Below are positions 54,001-64,000 of a stretch of DNA of 64,000 bases, piece by piece. Position 1 is the stretch's first letter. Each line of letters begins with the position of its first letter. This stretch comes from Lama glama (Eukaryota): NCBI GenBank assembly GCA_028534125.1, contig CM052817.1, forward strand, positions 6,574,001 through 6,638,000. The letters run 5' to 3'. A model generated the notes under the pieces. It was not told the DNA's origin and made no database searches. It was given only the letters and a program-made list of their open reading frames with translations. A program made the translations under genes and the position numbers.

Positions 54001-54616
54001 CTTCCCCCGTTCTCATAGCTGGGAAGTTTTGTGTGAGAACTAGATCGGCAATCAGTAGTTCAATTTCAGATTTAAGATTTCTAGGCGCCTGGAGTCTCCT
54101 TGGAGAAGCTGAGTTGCCTGCTTACTCGAGCCAAAGCAAGTCGTCTTCCAAGGAAGATCAGCCAACACGTAAAAAAGAAAAAAAGAAAAAGAAAAAAAGA
54201 AAGAAAAGAAAAAAGAGAAAAATGACAAATGAACATCAAAGAAATTTATTTTAGATGAGATTTCACTTGATCTTCCATATCTTAAATATTGGAAGATAAA
54301 TATTTGGAAGAATTCGAGTTTGTCCTTTAAGATTAAAAAAATAACTTTTCTTAGATTACAAATACTCTCCCATCTAAGTAGTGGATCTTATAGGAAATTG
54401 ACCATTTCCTTATGCAATGTTACTCTTTTAGAAAGCAAAGCCATGACCGGCATTTTCTGACTGTCTAATAAAGCCAGTGGCATCTGAGAGGCCAAGGCCA
54501 AGTCTTATTTTGGAAAATAAGCTTTTAGGGGTTTTAATGATCCTGGTTGCTTGTCTGAGTTAGACTAATGTTGACATACTTATTTTCGGTAAAAATAAAT
54601 AAATAAGTAAATTATA

Positions 54617-54716
54617 NNNNNNNNNNNNNNNNNNNNNNNNNNNNNNNNNNNNNNNNNNNNNNNNNNNNNNNNNNNNNNNNNNNNNNNNNNNNNNNNNNNN
54701 NNNNNNNNNNNNNNNN
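54617..54716. other. Assembly gap (100 N)
   Basis: Run of N. Confidence 1.
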
Positions 54717-54962
54717 TGCTGTGTGGCACATAGGGAAGCAGTTAATAGAGTAAATCCTAAGAGTTCTCATAACAAAGAGAACTTTTCCCTTCATTCTTTT
54801 CTTCTTCCTTTTCTTTGCATTGTGTCTATATGAGAAGATAGATGTTAGCCAAACCTATCCTGGTAATCATTTCACAGTATGTGTAAATCAAACCATCATG
54901 CTCTACGCCTAAAATGTATACAGGGATAAATGTCAATTATTTCTCAGTAAGACTGGGAAAAG
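54717..54962 (+). mobile_element. L1 (L1MA9/L1MA10-like) 3' end next to an assembly gap
   Basis: AGAGTAAATCCTAAGAGTTCTCAT...GGTAATCATTTCACAGTATGTGTAAATCAAACCATCATGCTCTACGCC...GTCAATTATTTCTCAGTAAGACTGGGAAAA. Confidence 0.75.
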
Positions 54963-57900
54963 CAAAGTCAGTTTAAAGCCCCTCTTTGAAAAGCCTCAGC
55001 ATTTAAATTTCCATTCGCTTTAAAAGAAGTGCTTTTTTCTCCCCTAGTCTGTGAAGCTGTGTAAAACCACGTGTGAGGTTGTGCAGGTCAAATGGTAGTT
55101 TAAGAGGTGCCCCTGCCAATTCCTGGTGTCCTTGAGCCCCTACCAGCAGCTAAGCCCAGTGCAGATCATGAGTTCTTCAGAAACAGGGAGTGGCTTTGAT
55201 GTTCTAAGTTGGCATGATTGCTTTTCCTTAAGAGTTCAAAGTGCTTTTGTGCCAGTAGTCTGAATTTCACAACTCATTTGTGAGATGCCCAGGGAGGCTG
55301 GCAGTGATTCCGTTTGCACCCTGGGAGCCAAGGGCAGGTTAGCCCATCTGCTTTGTTCTCCACAACAAATCCTAAAAGGGAAGGAATGAGGACCTCTGGC
55401 CCCAGCCATGAGTCTCTGTTACAAGCTTCACTCGCACCAAGTGACTCCAGGAAGATCCAGCAACTGGCAAGAACTGGAGGATCGGAATTTTAGCTTCTCT
55501 AATTTTTAAAATTTTAGCCAACATTCATTGATCAATGATCAATATTCTTATATAAATAAGAAAGTATTCATTGGTCATTTTGTTCGTATTTAGCATTTGG
55601 TCTCTGCCGCAACAGTTGTCATTTCTTCCTAATAGCTTTCCCTGACCTATTCCGGGCCTCCTCTGGGTTTTTTATCCACGCATTTACATATCACCAGAAC
55701 TCAGCTTTGCTAGAACAACACCAACAGTGGACTGAAAATATCTGCTTACAGATCTGTCTTCCCCATTAGATTAGAGGTGCTTTGAGCACAGGGACTACGA
55801 TTTAATTGTCTCTTCCAGAATCCGGCGTGGTGGCTGAAACAGTATACTCTCAAAAAAGTATGTAAACTGAACTTCCCTGAAGAAGTCATGCTTTAGGTCA
55901 GATATGGTTCCATCTCAAAGCCATCAGGGTAAGAACGGAGGCTTACAGGAGACAGAAGGACGGCCAGCTTGAAAAGTGGGTGTCACTCTCAGATGTGTGG
56001 CCGAAGGCTCTCTTACTCAGTGTTATGGGATAGAAAATGAGGGGGCTTTAGTCGACGATTTCTGATCTGCTCTTATTCTAAGATACTGGTCTTTTTTGAG
56101 CACCTACTCTGTGTTCAACACTGTGCCAGGTACCGAGGAAGAGATGGAAAGGTGAGACATCACCACTGCCCTAAGGGAGCAGGCAGTCTCATCTCAAGGA
56201 GAAAGAAGACAGACACCCACAGCCCATCTTCACCGGAACTCTCTGGCATCAGTTCAGCAGTAAGCTGTGTTCTGCAGAGGATAAAGGCCGCGGGAGGAAA
56301 TGGAAGCGGAAGCCACTGGCCGGTGCGTGGGGTCCACAATGAGGAATACCCCAGCCGAGACTCAGCCAAGGCTGTGGTGTCAGGCCCTCTACCTGAATGG
56401 CATGAGCTGCACCTTTGGTTCTTGCACTGACCTTCTTAGGGACTACGATTTCCTCATTTTCCAAAAAACAAAACAAAGGCACAGGAGTTTAAAATAGTGA
56501 CATGAGTGAGGGGGAGAAATGAGGGCACCAGAGGAGGAAGTGATTTTATCCAAGGCCGTTCCCCTTCCAGTAAACCTTAGATTCCTAATCCAGTCCTCTT
56601 TGTAATCGAATAGCTTGCTTCTGTTATTTTGGGTTGTTTCCCCTCCCCCAAATATGTGATGAAAGAAAGAGGTCAGGAGAACGGGAGATGAGGAGAGAGA
56701 AAGAGAGAGAGCCTGCTTCTTTGGAAGATGTCCAGGATCCACTCTCACTCTACCTGCCCGGGCTCAAGCGGATTTTATCTGTAAGGCTACATACACTGTA
56801 CAGCTTCAGTCTCTCCTCCCTTAATGGCTGTTTGAATCTTTCAGGTTAATAGCCTAAGTATTAAGGAGTCCAGTGGGATTCCTTATAAGCAGAGGAAATT
56901 GAGATCAGGTTAAAAATCCAATTTTAATAAACTTCCCAAGTCTTGATTTAGATGGTGCACTAATGGCTCTTAGTGCTGATCACCTGAAAAGTCAAACGTA
57001 TTTTGAAAGGATCCTTATTGTATGGGAAGTTTGATGGGTATTGTTTAATTGTGCCTTCCTGTCTGTGTAGAAAGACTCGTGTGTAAAACTGATGAGAGCA
57101 GATATGAAATGCGTCTGTCCACAGAGCTGGTTGGGTAGAGGAGAGGGCTTTGGGTTTGAGAGGTAATTTTCACTCATTTGACCAAAACAAAGAGCGCATG
57201 ATTACACCGTGTGAAAGCAGTATCCTCAGATAACTCCTCTAATTTGATGGTGCTGAGGTCTAGAATTGTTTCGGTTTCTTTTGATTTGCTAATTAGCTGG
57301 AGCAGACGGCGTGTGAGAGAGAAAATGAGGGTCACATCCAGAAAACATGTAGGATTGTGGGTCCTTCCTATCAGCACGCGCATCTCGCGTCTCCCCTGCC
57401 AGCCCGTCCAACTCCCACCTTTCTTTGTACGTCCTTGAAAACAGCCCACCCCTCTACGATTAACAGATGATGTGATTTCTTTTTTTCCTGTAAACAGGAT
57501 TTTCATCCCCTTCATGACAACAGTCATGTGTGGCTACACAGGGTTCAGTTCTAACTTCTGCCTTTGTAAGAACTATCCTTCAACCAAAATTAATTAATTA
57601 CTTAAGTCATCCATTAAAAATAAAATCATATTTCATGAAGACATTGGTGTAAAGGTAAATATATTATTTGTAGGTACTGAAATATTTTCTGAGACTGAAA
57701 AGTCTCTATTTCTTTTGATTTGAAGATAATTTAAAACATTTTTGAAAGGCCCCTTGGGCATTCCTGACTCCTAATGGAGAGGTTGGCCCTGGCTAGATGC
57801 TGATCTTGTAGAGGACAATGCTTAATTGATTCGGGTAAAGTGTGTATGATAAATGCAATTTCATACTCATACTTTAGAGCCCATTTGTTGTGTTGGATAA

Positions 57901-60900
57901 ACAACTCTAGACAACGCACTGCTTTTATCTCTGATCCTGTGTCAAACTTTGCCCCAAATTATACCCATCAGTGCTGCAAAATTTACAATATTGCAGGCCT
58001 GAAGTGGTCCTCTTGTCCAAATTATTAGACCCTACTGAGGACTGGAAAGCTTTCTGGGCAATGGGAAATTGTGTCACTAGCTTTGATTTCAGGTTAGCTG
58101 GGACCAAAGCTGACTGATGCTTTGATGAGCAGGTCTTGATAATTCTCTCTTTTAGGCTTTATTCAAGGATCCTGGGAGGTTCAAACTCTTCAGGAAAAAA
58201 GATAGAACCTCTCTCACCAGCCCTATCAGCTCAGCGGACACATTTACTGCGTGCATCTTACATAGCAGCCCTGTGGTAGGTACCTGGGCGGAGATTTACC
58301 AAGAAGAATAAAAGGTAATCCCTTACCAGAAGGAGCTCACAGATGGGCAGAACAGAAAAAAATTACAATTCAATCTGATAATCCTCATGAGCTCCTGGTT
58401 CTCGGTATATGAGGAAGGTCAAAGGAGCATTTGGGCTGTGATTCCGCCCTCTTACATCCTACCCTGAACTCTCAGCTTCAAGCACTTCCAGTATTTCTAG
58501 CAGCTCCCTCCTCTTGGAGTCCTCGCTGAAGTCCTCCAGAGTGTGACCTTACTGCCCTGAAAACCGACAGGGCTGCTGCCCTCCTAAGCCTTGTTTTGAT
58601 TCCAGATATTAAATACAGCCAAAGCTATGGGGAGAGTCTTAAAAGATGCTAGAGGTCTCCGTCTGACTTTTGCTCTCCTTTCCTTATGAAAGAGTTTACA
58701 GTGACGCTCACAAGAGCTAGCTACACATTTGTCTCCTTTACAGTAGTAACAAGTATTTCATAGAATACTTTGAAGCTCCACAACTTAGCTCTAAATGAAA
58801 AAAAAATAGCATTTTATATTTAAGACGATCAAGTTGGCATCTCAATATATTAGTGACAGTATTTGTTGTAAACTAATATAAAAATGGCTAACTTGTACAA
58901 AGTTAGGAAAATCTATTGGGCAACATGGGAAACAAAGAGGAGGTAAGCAGAAGTAAATAAAAAATCACTACATTTCTTGGTAAGCTTTATGCTAGGAGAC
59001 CCGGATACACGTTCCTTTTGTTCCCATTTTACAATTAGCCATGCTGGATTTAGAACCAGGTCAACATCAAGTCCTTCTATGTTTGTTTTTTTTTCCTGTC
59101 TCATGATGTAACTCTCTCTTTCTTTCTTAACTGCTTCTATGCATTTTATAAAACTGGAAAGAGGACTTCAGTGGATTTTACACTCTGTCTCTAAGTGGAA
59201 GAGAAGAGATCTGGGGTTCCCTTCATGCCTTGAAAATGCACTTACTCTAGGATTTATCCACAAGGTACTTAAATCCCATGTTCATGATATTGTTATAATT
59301 GCATTTAGTGCACTAACGCTCGTCTTAAAAGTTCAGTTCTCAGGGTAGCTGTTTTTCTCTCCCCGCACACCGTCCGCCCTTCAGTACAGTAGCTGTTAAG
59401 GAGATGCGTCTCCAGACAATGTTCTCTCACATCGGGGCCCTTGATTTCACGTGGGCTTCAGGCCTCAGCTCTGGTGTCCGTGGTCGTCGGTTTGTTTATT
59501 CCAGCGTCGGGTAGTTTTCTAGCTCTCACTCTCTGCCAGGCCCAGGGGTGGGCCCGGGAGATACAGGGGTGAACTGGAGAAGGCGCCCCCTGTCGTGGCA
59601 GATCTGAAAATCACAGCGGAGTCAGGACTTCGCTTGGAGGACTGAATGCCCTTCCCAGCCCCTGTTCCCACCTGGAGTCAGCCTGTCTTTCTGGAGTCAC
59701 TTCGTCCTGGAAGCTGCTCTCGTTGGCAGGGACCCTCCGCCTGCCTTGGGAAATGCGTGGACTTACGTGTTAACAAATTGGGAAGAATAACTTGAGATGC
59801 TCCATCAGTTCTGCCTTTCTTCCTCTTGAGAGCAAGCTGTCTGAAGGAAGCATCCAACTTGCTTGACTTCTCTGCTGCTTCTCCGGGGGCCTCCCCGGTG
59901 AGGGAGAGGACTATCCTGGCCTGACATTGTCTCATGTGGTTGCGTTCTTAAACCAAGCTTCCCTCTGTAATGAAGTCTGTGTTGCACGGGCAGGGAGGAG
60001 GGGTGCCACTTCTGCTGGTCAGCTTGATATCCCCAAACGGATTCACTGCCTTGGTCTCTTTCTTTCCTGGTTGGTTCCTTGTTCACTTACCCCAGGTGGA
60101 GCAGCCCACGGTTAATGCTCATTATGCTATTGTAAGTCTCTTGTGAACATGATGTAAACTCCCCCAAAACAGACATTCAGGAGACAGCACAACCCCCAGG
60201 AGGGCCGGCCCCAGAGCCAGGTCACTGCGGTTCGGATCCCAGCTCTGCAGGATGAGTTCTGTGACTTCACCCAAGCCACTTAGCCTCAGTTTCTTCTTGG
60301 TGAAGACAACAGTAATGATGGCCTCCTCACGTTATCACATGTGCAGCATCCTGCACATGGTACCCAGTGAATGCAAGTGCATTGTTACTATAAAAGGGAA
60401 TTACATCAGACGGACCTACTTTCCTTAAAAATAAGCACAACAAAGTCCGTCTACTTTCTTAAGCACCCTGAATGACCTCTGGGTTACAGATCCTTTAAGG
60501 GAACAGTTCTTCTTATGAACTGACAACATCTGCCCCAGAGGTCATTGCGGCTTGAAAATCATAGTGGCAAAGGGAAGGCAAGTTCTCAAAGAACAAAAGC
60601 GTTGAGGTCAGACAAAGCTAAGTATGAATCTGTGGCCTTCAAGTCCATTCACATATCCCCTCTGAACTTCATTTCTTCTTTTATAAAATAAACACCATGG
60701 TTCTCACCCAGAATGTGGTATTTTGAGATTGAGGGGGGATGATGCAGCTGACAGCCACTGACAGTGTATGGCATGTAACAGGTCAATGTATTCTGATTTC
60801 ACTCAGTATGGAGATTATTCTGTCTGTCACTGATGAAGTGTAGTGCCATTAACCAGAGCTGTCGGCACTGCCTGAGTTGACCTGGATTCACTTGAAAGGT

Positions 60901-61127
60901 AAGTGACAGGGAAGGGGCAGAGCAGAGCAAGAGGAAGAGCCCTTGGCCCCATGGAAAATGAAACAGCTGAGCCACTATCTTCCCCATTACCGAGGATGGG
61001 AGGTGATTCTGGTACAGAGCACGTCACTCTCTCTAAGTTTGCCAGCTCTACTCTGCTGCCAGGCACGACATGCTGAAGCATGAAGGAAACCTTCCGTTCT
61101 TCCTTCTTCATCATCCATCCTTGATCT

Positions 61128-61580
61128 TGGCAGAGTAATGGTCCCCAAAGAGGTCCACATCTCAATACCAGAACCTGTGAGTACATTATCTTACATCATG
61201 TTATGAGTTGAATTGTGTCTCGTCCTCAAATTCATACGTTGAAGTCCTAGCTCCCAGGACTTCAGAATGTGGCTGCATTTGGAGATCAGGTCTTTCCAGG
61301 GGGAATTAAGTGAAAATGAGGTCATTAGAGTGTGCCCTAGTCTCACATGACTGGTGTCTTTATCTGAAGTGGAGACTAGACACAGTCAAGCACAGAGGCA
61401 GCCACATGAGGTCACAGGAAGAAGGTGATCATCATTGAGCCCAGAAGAGAGGCCCTTCCAACCCTTCCAGTCCTGGTTCCTGGACTTCTACGCTCCAGAA
61501 CTGTGAGGAAACAAGTTTCTATTGTTTAAGCCATCCAGTGTGTGGTATTGAATTACGGCAGCCCTGAAGAATGAATACAG
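61128..61580 (+). mobile_element. MaLR LTRs: short MLT1D-like 5' piece followed by an MLT1B-like LTR
   Basis: GGCAGAGTAATGGTCCCCAAAGAGGTCCACATC (from 61128), then TGTTATGAGTTGAATTGTGTC...CCAGAACTGTGAG...GGCAGCCCTGAAGAATGAATACA. Confidence 0.8.
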
Positions 61581-61740
61581 CCCCATAAACACCCAGTTGT
61601 TGGTTTGCAAGAGCATATGGAATTCCTGATTATCTAAACAAAGGTGCTGACTTCCTGAAGTTCTGTTTATACCACAGTGCTCTGTTTCTGTTTTCTTTGC
61701 TCCTTTTCTATCTTTTCATTCCAATGAAAATTCTTAGTGT

Positions 61741-62060
61741 ATTTTTTAATTAAAGCGTAGTTAGTTTTCAATGTTGTGTTAGTTTCTGGTGTACAGCATA
61801 GTGATTCAGTTGTACACATATGTATATACATATATATTCTTTTTCAATATAGGTAATAACAAGATACTGAATATAGTTCCCTGTGTTCTACAGTAGGACC
61901 TTGCTGTTTATCTATTTTATATATAATGATTAGTATCTGCTAATCCTGAACTCCCAATTTATCCCTCCCCACCCCCTTACCTCCCTAGTAACCATAAGTT
62001 TATTTTCTATGTCTGTGAGTCTGTTTCTGCTTTGTAAAAAGCTCATTTGCATCCTTTTTT
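61741..62060 (-). mobile_element. L1 3' end (antisense)
   Basis: AATGTTGTGTTAGTTTCTGGTGTACAGCATAGTGATTCAG...AACCATAAGTTTATTTTCTATGTCTGTGAGTCTGTTTCTG. Flanked by TCTT(AG/CA)TGTATTTTTTAA direct repeats. Confidence 0.9.
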
Positions 62061-62156
62061 TCTTCATGTATTTTTTAAAGACATTTTAGAACAATTATAC
62101 TCACCACGTGGACTTCCAGTAATGCTGATATCTCAGTTGAAGTGATGGCAGTTGGG

Positions 62157-62730
62157 TGTGTTAGTTATATACATCTGTGTAACAAAGTAATCCTAAAGTT
62201 AGTGTCTTCCCATAACACACATCTACTGTTTCAGTTTCTGTCGATCAGGAATCGAAGCATGGCTAAGCTGGGCCCTCTGCCTCAGAGCAGCTCCAGTTCT
62301 AATCAAGGCGTCTGTCTGGACTGCAGTCCTGTCAAGGCTCAGTGGAAGAGGGTCTGCTTCCAAACTCACTCACTCGGCTGTTGGCAGGATTTAGTTCTCT
62401 GCAAGTTGTCAGACGAGGGCCTAGCTCCTTGCTGGCCGTTCTAGGGCCTCCCTCAGTCCCTTGCCACATGGCCTCTCCATAGTGCAGTGGGCTTCCACTG
62501 AGTGAGCCAGTGAGACACCAAAAGTGCATCCCACATGGAAGGTAGAGTCTTGTGTGTCGCATGCAGCTTGTTATAAATAAGTCATCCCACATGGAAGGTA
62601 GAATCTTGTGTGTCGCATGCAGCTTGTTATAAATAAGTCACTCGGTCCAGCCATATTCTAGGGAACGAGGTTACTGGAAAGTGTGAAGCCTGGAAGGCAG
62701 GGATTTTGGCAAGTTTAGAAGCTGCCTGTG
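62157..62730 (-). mobile_element. MaLR LTR (MLT1E/F-like) containing a 56-bp tandem duplication
   Basis: TGTGTTAGTTATAT...TCAGTTTCTGTCGATCAGGAATC...CTTCCAAACTCACTCAC...TTGCCACATGGCCTCTCCATAG. Confidence 0.75.
62527..62640. repeat. 56-bp tandem duplication (1 mismatch)
   Basis: CATCCCACATGGAAGGTAGA(G/A)TCTTGTGTGTCGCATGCAGCTTGTTATAAATAAGT at 62527-62582 and 62583-62638. Confidence 0.95.
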
Positions 62731-63569
62731 CCAACAAGCAAGTCCATCCGTGAGGAGGCAGTGACATCGACCTAATGCTTGGTCAACCACAATGGTAAGA
62801 TGCCTCCAATTGTGGGATAATCCCAAATTCAGAAATATTAAAATGTGAAAAACAAATCTTAAAGTCGGTGAAAACAAGATGTTATTTCCTTAAATCTTGG
62901 ACTCCACAGAGGAGTTTCAAATGGCAAAGTTCTCCACTGAATTTACTGAAAATGTAGGCGGAGAAGGAAGCGTTTACCGGCCCCAGGTGACACAAGAGCA
63001 AGGGCGACGTGTTACTTTTAAACTTCCACATCTCAGTATTAAGGGTTAAGCTAAGTTTTAAAGTTTTCTTTTGCATTTGTTTTATTATAGAGTAATACTT
63101 GTTCATGATAGCTAGTTTGGAAAATCACAGAAAATTAGAAAGAGGAAAAAAAAGACAATAATTCCACTACCCGAAGGCAATTCCCAAAATAAGACTGTGT
63201 AGGTAATAGCTGAAATTAAAAAAAAATAGAAATTGCCAGTTTGTTGTACAGGGTATTTCTAAATCCATAGCACATAAAGTTGTTTAACTTTATTAAACAT
63301 AGCCCCTACTATATGCTTGGGTTTCTAATTTCCTAAGAACAGGGACAAGCAAGGGCTGGATCTCTGACCTAAAAAAAATCAATTAGTATATAATACTTCA
63401 ATATTTACTTTATATAGAAAAAGAACAAATGCATTCTTGTCCGATGAGGCATGAGAATCTGAAGAAGGGCCAGTAGTCAAGCAGCCTGCGCTTCCACCCA
63501 GTTCTTGAACCAGGAATGAAGACGTGGGTTTGAGAGGAACGGGTAGGTCTTTGTTTAGCTCCACTAGAC

Positions 63570-64000
63570 TCCTATGCATCTTCCTCATCACAACACCCTC
63601 CCTCCTTCCCCAAAGTCACCCAGTCTCCTGACTTTTAAAATTAGAGATTACATTTGCAAACTGGAATGTTATGAAGATGCAATCATCCAGTATTCTTCTG
63701 TGTCTCAGTCCTTTCATTCAACATTATTTACGAAATTTACTTATGCCGTTGCTTGGAGATGAAGTTCATTGTTACTGTTGAACAGTAGCGTATGGTAAGA
63801 GTATCCTGAATGTTTTTAATCCTGTTGTAGATGGTATTCAGGTTGTTTCCAGTTTAGGACTTTCCCAAACCATGCATATGTGAACACTCTAGTGCATGTT
63901 TTGTGGGTGCATCAGTGCAAGCCTTTATGTCTGCTTTACACTTGGGAGTGGGATAGCTGCATTGCAGGGCTTGCAAGAGCCCAACTCGAGTGGTTAACAC
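63570..64000 (-). mobile_element. Ancient L1 (L1MD/L1ME-like) fragment
   Basis: CTTTCATTCAACATTATTTTACGAAATTTAC...GATGGTATTCAGGTTGTTTCCAGTTTAGG...TGTGAACACTCTAGTGCATGTTTTGTGG. Confidence 0.6.

Noticed and set aside
51473..54043. Many overlapping long ORFs (up to 293 aa) on both strands in the CpG island
   Set aside because: Low-complexity R/G/P/A-rich translations expected where stop codons are rare; many begin at non-ATG codons and none resembles a known family.
58224..58243. REST/RE1-like motif ATCAGCTCAGCGGACAC
   Set aside because: Several mismatches at core positions, and it abuts an L2-like fragment.
60085..60093. Minus-strand donor-like GGG|GTAAGT as a far-upstream first exon
   Set aside because: An isolated motif is expected by chance in 64 kb, and no promoter evidence is visible.

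Overview
Mammalian genomic DNA, most likely from a camelid because of a vic-1-type tRNA-derived SINE at 33.2 kb. It holds one protein-coding gene, HS3ST1 (heparan sulfate glucosamine 3-O-sulfotransferase 1), on the minus strand. The whole CDS (24361-25296, 311 aa) lies in one exon. A non-coding first exon is inferred in a CpG island at about 51.5-54.0 kb, with a perfect CAG|GTGAGT donor at 53012/53011, giving an intron of about 27.6 kb. The rest is intronic or intergenic DNA with old eutherian repeats (MIR, L2, MaLR/ERVL LTRs, hAT MERs), several younger L1 3' ends and two assembly gaps. I found no evidence of a wholly new multi-gene system. The most interesting signal is the predicted HS3ST1 5' leader: three uORFs, one whose stop codon exists only after splicing, plus an in-frame GTG in a perfect Kozak context just before the ATG. 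Other points of note are a twin-primed (5'-inverted) L1, a SINE nested in a MER5-family element with target-site duplications, and a MER33-like element split by a segment of apparently older DNA. Repeat family names come from recalled consensus sequences, not a database search, and repeat boundaries are approximate.
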